DNA from: Lingula anatina
Taxonomy: Eukaryota > Animalia > Brachiopoda
DNA: 64,000 nucleotides
Reading direction: 5' to 3'
Assembly (NCBI GenBank): GCA_051362555.1
Contig: CM120640.1
Coordinates: 25,902,225-25,966,224, forward strand
Shown here: one piece after another, positions 13,959-25,329 of the stretch
Numbering within the stretch: the first letter of the stretch is position 1
Layout of the letters: every line of letters starts with the position of its first letter
Position numbers and translations under genes: made by a program
Notes under the pieces: generated by a model
Databases searched by the model: none
Told to the model about the DNA's origin: nothing
The model's input: the letters and a program-made list of their open reading frames with translations, nothing else

Positions 13959-16900
13959 AAATAACTTTGAGCCTGTACATCACTTTCACAATAGAAGCAA
14001 TTTATAAGAGGGACTTATAAGAATTCCATCAATTTCCCCCATTTCAAGGGTATTGCACCAGCTGTTCTCTATTCCAGTGGGACCATCCCCAGACAACAAT
14101 TTGTATTAAACTGACAATCAAATGGAAGGGACCTTTTCCTGGCTTTTTAAATATTATTCTGCTATTGGTGACAGCTTATCTTTTAGCCTTTTTATGTGTC
14201 ACTTGATAAGTATTAGTCATCTTTTTATAAGAACAAATTATTCATAGTATTTTATGCACATTTTTGCATGTTTAAGATATTAGCATTGGTTATTGAAAAA
14301 AATACTTAAACATTTATCTTGTCTGAATTTACTTTAAAATTCTGGTGGTCATAAAATGGTGGTCATGTGATTATTCGTCAGTGCAAAAAAATAATCACGT
14401 TATGTTTTTCTTTCTCATTAGGTCATGTGAATGGGTTGCAACGTCACAGAAGTCTTCCTAGTCAGTTGTCCTATGAAGTCCGACATGACCACTACACAAA
14501 AGGCATAGATGTTCAGCTTGCCAATATCTCTGGTATGTGACCTGGTCTCTGGTGTACAGCCAGAAATTTAACGTGCATATGGAGATAAAGGGCTGGTACA
14601 GGTCTCATTTAACTAAAGTGTTTTTATTCTATTAACTTTAAAATATTTCTTTTAAAAAGACTTAAATTTGAAAGTTCAGAAAATAATAAATTATGGCCCT
14701 TTGCCAAAACGTGCCTTTAAACATACCAAATTTAGACATCAATAAAAATGGGCCTGGTTGTTATTGGTTGAAAGACTTATTATTCCTCTACATATTGTAA
14801 GTCATACAAAGATAACAGAGAACAGCGTTTCTGAAAAAACGACTGACAAAGATAATGCTCAGCTGATATCTGATTTTAAGATATGACATTGGTTGCACTT
14901 TGACATAAAATGGGATACAACACTGCAGGAGTAATAAATTATTAAAGGCTATGGATTTTTGCTATTCTTTCAATATGTTACTGAGAAAGAATATTTGTGG
15001 AAGCTACGACCTACACCATATTGACAATTGCATCAGCACATATGCCACTGCTGCACTTCTGGTTCGACAGGAACATTTGACACAGTGCCTTATGTCTTTT
15101 GGTGTATATTTTCAATCAATTTCTGAAATTTAAATCTTTTGATTTTGTCATTCATATTGGTACATAATGACAAAAATTCAAACTTGGTTCGTAAAAATGA
15201 ATAAAAAAAATTAGCAGTAGTTGATAAAAAAACATGCAAAAAAAAAAACTTGGTTATGAGGCCCCCCTTTATGTGACTTACTTAGTAACCTAAGAAAACA
15301 TGTAGCATTTTGACTTTTTTCTCTTTGTTGGTGCATGAAGGCCATTTTCTCCAGATAAGTTTACGTGGATTTATCTCATCAAAATAAATTTTTAAAGAAA
15401 AATCTGTATTATGAAAGATGAAGTAACAAGGAGAAATATTTGATAAAGAAAAAGGCAAGTATCCGCCCAGGCATGTTTTGGCAAAGGGATATATATCTAT
15501 ATCTGGTTAGCACTAAATAAAAGCAGTTATTCTAATGAGTGTGCCACACTTGCATGCCTGCCATGGTAAACTGATGCTAAATTACCACTGTAGTTTTAAA
15601 ACCATTGAAACCCCACATAAATCATATCACTTACATCAAGAGGATGTACGTTTTAGGAGAGAGAATGGCCTTCTCTCTGCAGGTCATGTCTGATAGCTGG
15701 TGGTGAAAGTCAAAGTGTTGTTTCTCATTAGGCTGATCATGGTGTAGTTTGACTTGATATTACCCCTTGTATTCAAGTTGTCCTCAAATGAACTTATTAA
15801 AAAAGTACAGGTGTTATTGGGAAGGCCATGTGATAATATAACTGAGGTATCAGTCCTGCCATAGAAATATGACAACTGGGTTAATTGGTACACGTGTTAT
15901 TCATTACGAATCTTTGTTCTAAATGGTGTTTCTAAAAATGATTGATTTGAATTGCCAGGACTGAAAATAGTTTTTTAGTGCATTTGAGGTGTCACTTCAA
16001 GAACTCATCCTTTGAAATATATTTTCACATAGTTTTTGAAAATTAGTAAACAGGTGTACGTTCTGCCAGCTAATTTCCTGTTTCCTTAACAGCCACCCTC
16101 AAATCCACTTCCTCCACATCTCATCAGAATATATCCCATGCACAAACAAAAGCATTTGTCAAATAAAATTTTGAAGATTTTTTTTCCTTTTTTTTTCAGT
16201 TGCTGGAGACCTGAGTATCTGGGAGTTCTCTGGCTATGAGCCTTACTACATGCTTTATGACAACTTCATAGGCGACATCAACTGTGTCCACACTGTATTA
16301 TTCAGCCTGGCTGACCCCCCTGACATCAGGCGAGCTCAGGTGGCCTACTGGTTAAACTTCATCAGGGCCAGAATACAGCCATTAGAACCAATAGGTAAGA
16401 ACATCTGCTTTACCAATTCCCCTGAAAAGATATGTTGATTAGCTGTAAAAATGCACATTCAATGTGGCATTTTCATGCAATGGATTGTATCATTTACTTT
16501 TTTAATGTCAATAAATTAGACTGTAAGAGACACTGATTAGATTTCCGGAACTTGTTGAAGGAACCATGTTTGTGCAATGCTGTCGCAGAGAACATGCTGT
16601 TGGAAAGTGTTGCAGATCATATTATAGATTGAAATTGTCTTTATTCACCTTTCAAAACAGTTTGTTGGTCAGAATTTGCTTTAAAAAATATGAAAATTAA
16701 GATACTGTGGAATCATTAATACCAACTAGACTGTGTTTGATATGCCCTGATGTCTGACTGAGGAGTAATGAAGCTATTTCTCCATAGCATATATCACAAG
16801 AAATACAGTTCTTTTTCATAAATCCTCAGCTTCCTCTGCACAGAAAGTTAAACAAAGAAGGTAAAAATGGCTAAGTTCTGTACTGTTTACGATGAGAAAT

Positions 16901-17281
16901 AAATAAATAGGCAATATATATGTAATATATAGTAGATTCATGAAAGAGCAGTGTGATATAAAGAGCCATTGGTTTGGTTTATTTTCTAAGGTCATTGTGG
17001 CAAGCAGGCAAACTTGGCCAAGATAGTCCTGATAGCCACGCATGCAGATAGAGCCATGTGCTTCAAGAATTCTCGCGGGGAGTTTGTCAATGCTGAGGCT
17101 CTGTCCCTGTTAAATGAAATGCGGCAAAGGTTTTGGCTGGACTTCGACATCTCAGAGTCCATATTTGTCCTGGATGCCAACTCTGCCATGTCCAATGATA
17201 TGAAGGCATTTAGACACTATCTTGCAGATCTAAAAATGTCCACAATCCAGGTATTTTACTATTTTTATTTTCTTTGTCTTT

Positions 17282-17316
<35 letters not shown>

Positions 17317-19304
17317 ATTTTGTGTGTGTTGGGGTATTTTTAAATTTTAGTTAATGGTTATTCTCTTTATTTATTTATTTATTTATTTATTTGATTCCAG
17401 TGGATGTCAGGTAGAAAGAGCTTAGTAGATATTTAGCAGATATAAAAAAAGTGATGATTAAGTAATCAAGTTCAGTCAAAAAGAAATATTCCATAGCTAC
17501 AGCTTGAAAATAAAGATTAATGTTGTTTCCCCTTGATGTAATAATTCCTAGATACTATTTGAAGCCCCTGGAAATGTTTAATTCAAAAGTTTCACCACTC
17601 ATTCCTTTTAATTGTTTCAACCAAATTTCCACTCGCTATTATTTTCCATTTTCCTATTATTCTGGGATTGGTATTTGCTTTGGGCTTTCCAGATATGTTT
17701 AATGCCTCAGAGCAAAGCTTTGGGAATATGATAGAGACCCTGTTCTTAGATTATGTTTGAAAACAATATCAATCAGAGATTCAGTAGGGAGTATTAAAAT
17801 GTTATTTTTTTACCTCCCTCTAGGTTTATAATACCAATCAAAACTGTTGAGAGTTCTTTTTAGTTTAAGGATGGCATTTATCTTGGTGGTCTTAAGACTC
17901 GTGGTGCAGAAGTGAACCTATATTAGTTACAGACTGACGGATTGATCAATAGAATTAATCAATTAAGTTGCTATATGAATGCATCAGTTCATTAATATTC
18001 TGAAAAACTGCCTGGAAAAAAATTATAATCATCAATAATCATCCAAACATTTATTTTAACTTTTTTCAGCATCTTCCAACCACCTTAGGTTTTACTGACG
18101 CAATGGTGGCTCAGCTGCCATCATGGAGAAGGTCTTCCTCGTCTTTTCCTGTGTTGTCATGGCAACAGTTTGTTGAGTATGCTAGGGCCAAGGTGAACCC
18201 TCTGGCCAGTGAAGAGCATTTAAAGACTTTAATACAACAGCTTCAGTTGATGGGAGAGGTAAGCACCTACTTGGAGTAAAGCACTTTAGGGGGGAAGAAG
18301 TGGATTGGAGAATAGCATGTATTTGCTCCATCATTTAAGTTTTGTTGTTTTTGTTAAGGGCGTGAACTATTTGAAACCAATATGTTTTATTGACAGCAGT
18401 ACATTGAACAGCTATAAACATGCTGCCAGTAACCACTTTGCATGTTATGTGGCAACTAACATCAAAGTGAGTCAGCAGTCAATGCTCCTAGCCTTATAAA
18501 ACTAAAAGTAGACAATAGCGGAAGCCTTTGAAGTTAGATTTTGAGTGAATATTTAAAAATGATCTTTCCCTGTGAGCGGAGTGCTGCATTGTTTAGGTAT
18601 CTTGGAACATTTTCCTGACGCTTCAAATAACAATAAATTGTTGAAGCCATTTGATTTACGGAACAAAAGTTACTCTGATTCATTTGCTCAAATGAAAATT
18701 TTCAGTGAAGTCAAAACAAAGACAAGATAATGCAGCACGTGAGTCTTTTACTCATTGCCTGCACAGTTTTCTATAGTGGAAAATCAATCTTCTTTTTCAA
18801 AGTGCTCATACCGTAATGTGTATATTGATTTTTGTTCAAAGAAAAATCATCTGATGGTATGAAAACATGGCATGTCCTGTGATATTCCCATGGTATGGAA
18901 TGGAAATTTCTTGAACAAATTATAGATGGTGCATGACATGCAATCCTATTGTTGTTTTTACACACACTCCACTTGAGTGGGTAATGTGCTCGTGAATTAA
19001 TTATTGTTTGTACGTAAATTGCTCATAAAATTCACACCAAAATGGTGATTAGATGTATTCTGAAAAAAGTGTAACTAATAGCGTAAGTAATGACTGAAAA
19101 TATTATTTGAATTTTTTTTAACAAAAAGGATAAATCTTGAAAATTTTTAATATTGGTGTGAAATGTTTGTAGTATTTAAGTCACTTTTGTACTATCTGTT
19201 ACCTATTGCCATTGGAACTTCCCTTCCAGTAAAATAACTGTGTTCTTCGTAAATGTTTAGTAACCATCATATTGTTAGACATGATTATATTGTCTCATTT
19301 AAAA

Positions 19305-19335
<31 letters not shown>

Positions 19336-21398
19336 TATTCCTTATCTGTTCTTATACTCAACTTAAAATGCATGGGTATATTTCTTTGTCTCTCGTATAT
19401 TCATGTTTAAGAAAGGAAAGCAGTTGTTTGCTGCTGCAGCTGTCCAAAAGGTTTGTTAAGTTGTTCTTTTGGTTTACTTAAAGTCATAATAACTCTTCGT
19501 TTTGGCCAAAAATGGATTTTCCTGGCGTAAACGGCAATTTTCCCGTACTTACCAATGGTCAACGACCCCATTCCTGCATTCAAAGTTAGTCCAGGTTTTT
19601 TTTCCTAAACGCTTGGTTTTTTGTTAAAATCTCTTAAGAGATTTTAACTGACGGAGCTCTCTCTGACATAGCGTATCGAGCGGGGTTTTCTGACGACCTA
19701 CTTAAAACCGCGGGAAAAGCAGACAACAACAACACTTTATTACAGTAAAATAAGATTCATACGATATAATCGTCTTATTGCTCAGAATGCATTTATATCC
19801 ACAACGTGTGCAGTTCTGGGCTATTCATTATCCGACACACTGTACAAAAACTCGCAACTTACGTCTGAGGATTGTGCTATATCTTATCCCTCCACATGTT
19901 ATTTTGGTCTCGAATGCACGCGAGAATCCGCGTGATGCGCCAAAATCCTTGGCAACGAATGCCTTGACGACCGGGAAGAAAGGCACCGAAAGCCCTATTG
20001 ACAAGCACAGTTTTTAGTTTTACTACAATAACAGCCGTTTTAGTGGTGAAATGCAGTATAATATATTTCTGTGTGTTGTTTAGAATGTATTTCTTGCGGA
20101 ATTTTGAATCTCAAAGGAAGAGTTATTATTGCTTTAACAATATATCATACATATTCAGTCATACTCCTATGTCTATATTTTTGTTGCCTTAGGTAATCTA
20201 CTTGGAGACAGATTCTGAGCAAGACCTGGTGATCTTGTCCCCCAAATGGCTATGTCATGATGTCATTGGTGGTTTACTGTCACATGACCGTATAGTGCAC
20301 ACACGTCCAACAGGTTGCTACACAGTGGATGACTTCCAGATGATGTTTCCTGAGGCAGATGCCTTGGATCTGCTACAAGTCCTGCAGGCTGTGGAGATGT
20401 GTGTGCAGTGTGAAAATGATGGGGACATAGAGTATGAATTCCCATGCTTGAACTTCGTGGAGACTTTGCGCGGACTCTGGGAAAGTGACTCTACGCTGAC
20501 GAGTTATGGAGGTGTCCGTTTGCAGAGTGAGGTCCCAATGCAGCTGAAGCATATATTTCCTAAAGTTCAGGTCCAGTTAAGAAGGAGCATCCAAAGTGAG
20601 AACCAAGACCCTGACAATGACTTGTACCAGTGGTACCATGGCTCAAAATTCTGTTGCGGACTTATGGAGGGAATGATAACCCTAGAAGACTTCGATGCTA
20701 TAGATATTAAAGTACGTGGACCGTCTGATTCTGGGAGCACATTATACTATTTCCTGGATGACCTTGTGTCCCTAGTGGAGCAAGTGTTCATAGATGCATG
20801 CCCAGGATTGTTCATTGAAAGACAGCTTCTGAGTTCCGCCCAGCTCCAGAGGCATTCTCTTCCTGTGCACGCATACTCCAACACAGTGCTGCTGAAACAG
20901 CAATTGCTGGGCGAGCTAGAAGTGACTTACAATGGCACCAAGGAAAGGTTCTTTGATGTTTTGTGCCTTCATTCAGAGGAGGTTGAGGCATCGTTAACAC
21001 TGGGCATAGACTTGCATGTATCTGCACTGTCGCTGCACACACGGAGACACCTTAGTTCACTCCTAGATATTCACGACCACATGGGGAGAGACTGGTGTTT
21101 GCTAGCAGTGAACATGGGGATGACAGATGCCTTGCCAAGACTGGATTCCTCTCAGGATGAATCTGAGAGCAAGACGGACAAAGTGTTGCAGAAATGGAGC
21201 AAAGAGGCTGGCAGTACGATTGGACAGCTGATTCTCAAGCTACAAGAACTTGGCAGGCAGGATGCTGTGGATGTCCTACTATATACTGCCCCTGCATATA
21301 GAGTGTCCCCCCTGGAAGAGCAGAGTCAAGATGGCCTAGAAGGTGCTGGAACCCAGGGGTATAACTCTACTAACACTGTGTCAGACCTTTCCAGGTAG
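1..21398 (+). CDS. DAPK1: Death-associated protein kinase 1-like, 5'-partial (ankyrin repeats, ROC GTPase, COR, death domain); 16 exons in window
   Basis: Exons 1-129, 1554-1670, 2121-2219, 4308-4406, 4752-4850, 5511-5609, 6196-6294, 6674-6772, 6962-7060, 7245-7343, 7726-7803, 12587-12797, 14422-14532, 16200-16394, 16991-17250, 18070-18258, 20193-21398 join in frame (3288 nt) with GT-AG sites. Motifs EEEDNFVLTAL, ankyrin GETALH, RIKLKVFGSSGVGKTTL (ROC P-loop), SIWEFSGYEPYY, and GRDWCLLAVNMG (death domain) follow DAPK1 domain order. Confidence 0.93.
1554..1670 (+). CDS. DAPK1: DAPK1-like exon, start of ankyrin region
   Basis: ttgtag|EEEDNFVLTALFCATEDGNFAGIKRLLSMTSLDINISNR|gtaaga. Confidence 0.9.
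2121..2219 (+). CDS. DAPK1: DAPK1-like ankyrin exon
   Basis: 99 nt, HGETALHRAASGGHVEVVKLLQSNGMNLNVTDQ, AG/GT flanks. Confidence 0.92.
4308..4406 (+). CDS. DAPK1: DAPK1-like ankyrin exon
   Basis: 99 nt, HGDNAVYWAARQGHVEVVKYLKEQGVSVDQQNK. Confidence 0.92.
4752..4850 (+). CDS. DAPK1: DAPK1-like ankyrin exon
   Basis: 99 nt, SGESALHVAARYGHSHVVQYLCEAGANVDLQDE. Confidence 0.92.
5511..5609 (+). CDS. DAPK1: DAPK1-like ankyrin exon
   Basis: 99 nt, LGETALHSAAWHGFSIICTYLCNAGCQLDVQNK. Confidence 0.92.
6196..6294 (+). CDS. DAPK1: DAPK1-like ankyrin exon
   Basis: 99 nt, DGEVPIHNAAGRGYLECVKVLLNTGARLDLYDK. Confidence 0.92.
6674..6772 (+). CDS. DAPK1: DAPK1-like ankyrin exon
   Basis: 99 nt, RGSSALHWACRRHHTAIAMQLVQAGCPLDVVDE. 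Confidence 0.92.
6962..7060 (+). CDS. DAPK1: DAPK1-like ankyrin exon
   Basis: 99 nt, TGESAIHAAAHEGLFSVVQAMCAYGCDVNIISK. Confidence 0.92.
7245..7343 (+). CDS. DAPK1: DAPK1-like ankyrin exon
   Basis: 99 nt, NSLTALHSAAKGGYLEIVRCLLLAGADPDVPNK. Confidence 0.92.
7726..7803 (+). CDS. DAPK1: DAPK1-like exon, end of ankyrin region
   Basis: 78 nt, DGVIAEILALAQGHSEIADLLIRMKP|gtaagt. Confidence 0.9.
11011..11135. repeat. Tandem duplication, 2 x 62-63 bp
   Basis: caaatgtcaataaaatgaaaataatgaatgatttttggaaacaaataagaaataaaactgc starts at 11011 and again at 11073. Confidence 0.9.
11547..11652 (+). other. Intronic hairpin (mini-MITE or pre-miRNA-like)
   Basis: 30-bp arms aattattttttacttagagactaaataaca / tgttatttagtctctaagtaaagaataatt, 29/30 complementary. 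Confidence 0.6.
12587..12797 (+). CDS. DAPK1: DAPK1-like ROC domain exon (P-loop)
   Basis: DRRVNFINQLVPTRHPLKRIKLKVFGSSGVGKTTLISSLKCG; ends in phase 1 at gtaagt. Confidence 0.92.
13920..13954. repeat. (GT)n microsatellite
   Basis: About 17 GT units. Confidence 0.95.
14422..14532 (+). CDS. DAPK1: DAPK1-like ROC domain exon
   Basis: HVNGLQRHRSLPSQLSYEVRHDHYTKGIDVQLANIS, phase 1-1. Confidence 0.88.
16200..16394 (+). CDS. DAPK1: DAPK1-like ROC domain exon
   Basis: AGDLSIWEFSGYEPYYMLYDNFIGD...YWLNFIRARIQPLEPI. Confidence 0.92.
16991..17250 (+). CDS. DAPK1: DAPK1-like ROC domain exon
   Basis: HCGKQANLAKIVLIATHAD...FVLDANSAMSNDMKAFRHYL...IQ|gtattt. Confidence 0.92.
17287..17392. repeat. (CT)n and (TTTA)n simple repeats
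   Basis: Visible directly downstream of the DAPK exon ending at 17250. Confidence 0.8.
18070..18258 (+). CDS. DAPK1: DAPK1-like COR region exon
   Basis: HLPTTLGFTDAMVAQLPSWRRSSSSFPVLSWQQFVEYARAKVNPLASEEHLKTLIQQLQLMGE. Confidence 0.92.
19486..20129. mobile_element. Non-autonomous TIR-bounded DNA element in the last DAPK intron
   Basis: Ends ataataactcttc(g)ttt ... aaa(g)gaagagttattat; interior is CpG-rich unlike the host intron; no transposase ORF. Confidence 0.55.
20193..21398 (+). CDS. DAPK1: DAPK1-like terminal exon (COR + death domain + tail)
   Basis: ccttag|VIYLETDSEQDLVILSPKWLC...GRDWCLLAV...LGRQDAVDVLL...TVSDLSR*; matches the 398-aa ORF. Confidence 0.95.
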   Translation, partial: VIYLETDSEQDLVILSPKWLCHDVIGGLLSHDRIVHTRPTGCYTVDDFQMMFPEADALDLLQVLQAVEMCVQCENDGDIEYEFPCLNFVETLRGLWESDSTLTSYGGVRLQSEVPMQLKHIFPKVQVQLRRSIQSENQDPDNDLYQWYHGSKFCCGLMEGMITLEDFDAIDIKVRGPSDSGSTLYYFLDDLVSLVEQVFIDACPGLFIERQLLSSAQLQRHSLPVHAYSNTVLLKQQLLGELEVTYNGTKERFFDVLCLHSEEVEASLTLGIDLHVSALSLHTRRHLSSLLDIHDHMGRDWCLLAVNMGMTDALPRLDSSQDESESKTDKVLQKWSKEAGSTIGQLILKLQELGRQDAVDVLLYTAPAYRVSPLEEQSQDGLEGAGTQGYNSTNTVSDLSR

Positions 21399-22950
21399 TT
21401 ATTTTTTCAATAGACACAGCTTTCAAACAGTGGTGCCCCCTGATTCAAGTTCTCAGGAGGATTAGTAATTTAATTCCAGAGCATAATGTCTTCAAATTAG
21501 ATGTATTTATTGTTATTTGTGATACCATACACTTTACTGAAATGAACAGAGCAAGAAAGGGGTTAGGGGCATTCTCAAACATATTATTGTTGCTGTTGTG
21601 TAGCCAATTTAGGAGGAACCATTCATCTTGTAGTCATAGTCTTTCAGTTGACTTAGATCAAAGCAATATAAAATGTGTTGCCTTTGAACATTACCAAGGA
21701 CAAGGAGACTTTTCAAATGCCCATGTGTGAATTTAAAACAAAGAGATTAATTTTGTTTCATATCTCGTAGTAGATGAAATAAAGCCAATGCCTGTGGTCT
21801 GAAACTCAAAGGATAAATTTAGATCAGAGTATCAATTAGCTAGTTAATGGTTATCGTTGGGTAAATATAGTTATTATCTTGGGTAAATTGGTTTTGTGTT
21901 ATCTATAACTGAATCAAAGCTAATCTTTATGCACTAGATATTTCACAGAAAATTTAGCAATGCTTTTTTGCACTATAGGGTTAATTAGTTATTTGAAGGA
22001 ACCATTTTTCTCTCCCAAAAATGTAATTAAGCTGTAAGGCTGATGTTATTGAATTTGCTTATGGCCATTTCCTTCTCTAATTTAATTAGCTACAGTAATT
22101 TGGGACTAGATCATAAGTGTCATAAGAATTGCCATTGTTTTGTTATTAATGCTTACAGTGCTGCCATGGATATATCTCCATGAAGCACATCTGATTTAAG
22201 TCTCTTTTTTTATTTATTCTGTTTTTCACCAATGCATTTTTATGAGAGAGGAACATAAGAGTATATATGAAACCAGGGCCAGAAAATTATTGTATCAATT
22301 TGTACGCTAACTATTTCACAAGGTTTGGATACTAATAATGGTTATTAATTCCTGATGGTTACTGTTATCCACTTTGTTGAAAAGTAGAGTAGGAGAGGCA
22401 GGGAGGAAGAAAGGAATTGACGAAGGAAAAGAGACGGGCATTGGATTATGTAAAGACTCAATTGGAATGTGTTCCAAGAAAGAATATCTAGGTATTTTTA
22501 TCACATCCTCAATTAAGCCTTATCAGCAAAACAAATTTCATTATCTGAAATGCTGGTTGCAATAGATAAAGGGAACTTGGATGAATCAATCTGCATAGAG
22601 TATCAGAGATGTAATAGAATTGGTTGTTGCCACTTAGCACTGTATTGTCCAGATACTTAGGGGACTACTTGGGAGTTTGACATTCTTTAAACTAGTCACA
22701 AAAGAAAGGGTATTCTATTAAATGTTGTATTCTACAGTTGTCAGTTTGACTGGCAGTTTTCAGTGTGATAAGTGATTCTGATATTATTTAATGTGCGAGT
22801 TAATATGAAGTCAGTCGCCATTCCATGATATTTTAATTGGTTTTAAAGCCCTAGATGCCACAGGTATACAATTGATTATATTTATAAAATGTTTTTGAAT
22901 GATAAAATGGCGACCTATTTATGGATGCTCAGAATTTTTCTTTGGCACAA

Positions 22951-22956
22951 AATAAA
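22951..22956 (+). promoter_or_regulatory. Candidate poly(A) signal of DAPK1-like gene
   Basis: AATAAA followed about 25 nt later by GT/T-rich gtgtgttagtttttcttt. Confidence 0.5.
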
Positions 22957-24138
22957 ATTAAAAAGTCTTTCATTGATCAGGTGTGTTAGTTTTTCTTTTA
23001 TCACTTGATACATTTTTTTTATTATATTATTTTACATATTTATTTTTATTAGTATTATTAATTTTTATGTTTGCAGTGTAATAATGTTCACCTTTTTTGC
23101 AGAACATAAACACTGGAAAACACGAGAAATCGTTTAAATTTGCGACATCCTGTATGCAGCAATTTAACTCTTAATTTATTCCTCAAGTAACATTAGATGT
23201 AATGAAAATGAGGGCTCACGTGCGATGTAGGAATGAATTAACTCTAAAATCCTTATTGTATTTATTTATCTAAAATTCTCTCGTTACTTGATATTGGTCA
23301 ATTGATAATTTTATGAATAACCAGAGCTGCCCTATTGAACGAACTTGATAATGTATGAAATTCGGACAACTGTTTTTAGTTTCTTGTAACACACTAGCCG
23401 CAGACCGTTTTTTTTGCCCATAGTACAGATTGACAGCGTTACTTATTGGAGTCAATAACCTAGGTGAGTTAAGCCCACAAGCTATGTAGCGGGTGTCTGC
23501 AGGTAAAACACGGGGTTACCTGCGCCTTTGAGGTACGAAACGGCTTTTGGAATTGACCGAGCAAGTAGTGAAATGCCATTTGGAAAAGTCGGAAGGGAAA
23601 CTCTGTTGGCCTTGCTCGCTCCTTGAAATGTCAAGAGTAATAATAATATTTGGGGAAAGCTGAGGTCAAGCTATTCACTCTCCGGTTCCAGAACAATTTG
23701 AAGAAGGATCTGCGATTTTGAGCTTCGAAGTAAATACGTGGGAAAGGTACCTTAACGTTTTGCGCATAAACGGACAAACATAATAATATACAGCCATGCA
23801 AATTTATTATGATAAACGGATGTCCCCAAAGGTTAAGATTAGTGCCACTGCTCGATATCGACCTTTAAAAAAAATGACACCAACAAGACGTAAATTGTAC
23901 GATAATTTTGAAAATTGGCCATTTGTTAATAATTTGTACTTTTCATTCGTGCTTGTGAATTTCATCTCATGGTAACAGTCCTACATGACATATTGGAACT
24001 TTTTCAATGAGAAAATTTTTCAATGAGAACAGTGATTAATTAAGATGATCTCAGGATATATGACTAGCTTGCCAAACGTGCGTCTTCAATGTCAGTATTA
24101 TCCCATGAGCACTGTATTGAAATTTTATATAATCTGAA

Positions 24139-25329
24139 TTAAGGAACCATGCCCGAATTATGATTTTTTGGCGGAGACTCTCGGAACGTTCCCATTTCGT
24201 CTGACGAAAGTTGACTCACCGTAACTTTTCTACAATTAAATCCGAAGATATCAATCAATTTCAAACGGAACGTACGTCCTGTTGCAACGTACAAAATGAA
24301 ATTAATTGAGTGATTTGTGTACATAAGCATGAAGCAAATGCTCCGCGCCAGTCTAATCTTCGCCACGGAATGCTTGTCCACGTTTGTGATATCTGCATAC
24401 ACTACCTCTATGACCGTCATTGGGAAGACTAGCAGTATATATGCAATGCTGACTATGATTGGAATCATGGTGAAATATCCACGCGCATCGCGGCGCTTCT
24501 GGCGTTCTCTTTGTTCCCCGCTGTCCGTATTCAGACTGTTTCTTGAAGTTTGCCTGGTGAGAGAGGACGAAAAGTTTTGCTGTCGTCTTTTGTCCAACTG
24601 TGCTAGGTTGACCACTAAGACAATGTTCATTGGAACCAAGAGTGACAATGGTAAGAATGCATAGGCGACCATGTCCATCCAGGGCCAAATTTTCCGCGCC
24701 TCGTCAGTGAAACAACGATAATGAAGCTGTAGTTTGTCAGAATCGGAGTTAAACTTGAAACATTCTTCAACTATTGTGTATGTGAAAAGTGTAGATGAGT
24801 CAAATATCGCCAAACACACGCCTAAAACTGCTATCGTAATTATGGCACGCTTCTTGCCGTTTTTGGCAGAACACTTTGTTGGAAATATAACCAGTAACAG
24901 ACGCTCCATGGTGATTGCAACAACGCACCAGACAGCAAAATGTCTCGTGAAATGGTACAAAAATCCACCAATAATTGAGCACAATAAATCACTCTTCATC
25001 TTTAAGTCCTCCTCCGTGATTTTCCCGACCCAGAGCCGGAACGCACTGACATATAGCACGAGGGTGTCCATTACAGCCATCACAGCTATATACACAGATG
25101 CCGAATGTTGCCGAATAAATTTGTCTTTGCTCACCACCAGGAGTGACAAAAAGTTACCAATTGTTCCGAGTAGAACTAATGCGGGTAAAAACCACATGTA
25201 GAACGTCCCCGACAGTTTGTACTCGTCAAAAGAAAGCATAAATTCATCGAAATCATCCCTTACGTTGTCCCAACTTACTTGGACATGCTGCTCGTTGTAG
25301 TAGCACGTGGCTGTCTTGTTAGAAGACAT
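24139..25329 (-). CDS. Rhodopsin-like (class A) GPCR, invertebrate peptide-receptor type (FMRFamide/sex-peptide-receptor-like), single coding exon
   Basis: 417-codon ORF; first ATG at 25329 (MSSNKTATC, 396 aa); seven hydrophobic segments; TM1 GTIGNFLS, TM2 MAVMDT, TM3 AITMERLLLVIFP, TM5 LPLSLLVPMN, TM6 ILLVFP, TM7 YTNHSINFILY. Confidence 0.9.
   Translation of the reverse strand: MSSNKTATCYYNEQHVQVSWDNVRDDFDEFMLSFDEYKLSGTFYMWFLPALVLLGTIGNFLSLLVVSKDKFIRQHSASVYIAVMAVMDTLVLYVSAFRLWVGKITEEDLKMKSDLLCSIIGGFLYHFTRHFAVWCVVAITMERLLLVIFPTKCSAKNGKKRAIITIAVLGVCLAIFDSSTLFTYTIVEECFKFNSDSDKLQLHYRCFTDEARKIWPWMDMVAYAFLPLSLLVPMNIVLVVNLAQLDKRRQQNFSSSLTRQTSRNSLNTDSGEQRERQKRRDARGYFTMIPIIVSIAYILLVFPMTVIEVVYADITNVDKHSVAKIRLARSICFMLMYTNHSINFILYVATGRTFRLKLIDIFGFNCRKVTVSQLSSDEMGTFRESPPKNHNSGMVP

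Noticed and set aside
24317-25201. Overlapping + strand ORFs (115 and 155 aa) opposite the GPCR
   Set aside because: Typical antisense shadows of a coding sequence, with non-ATG starts and no motifs
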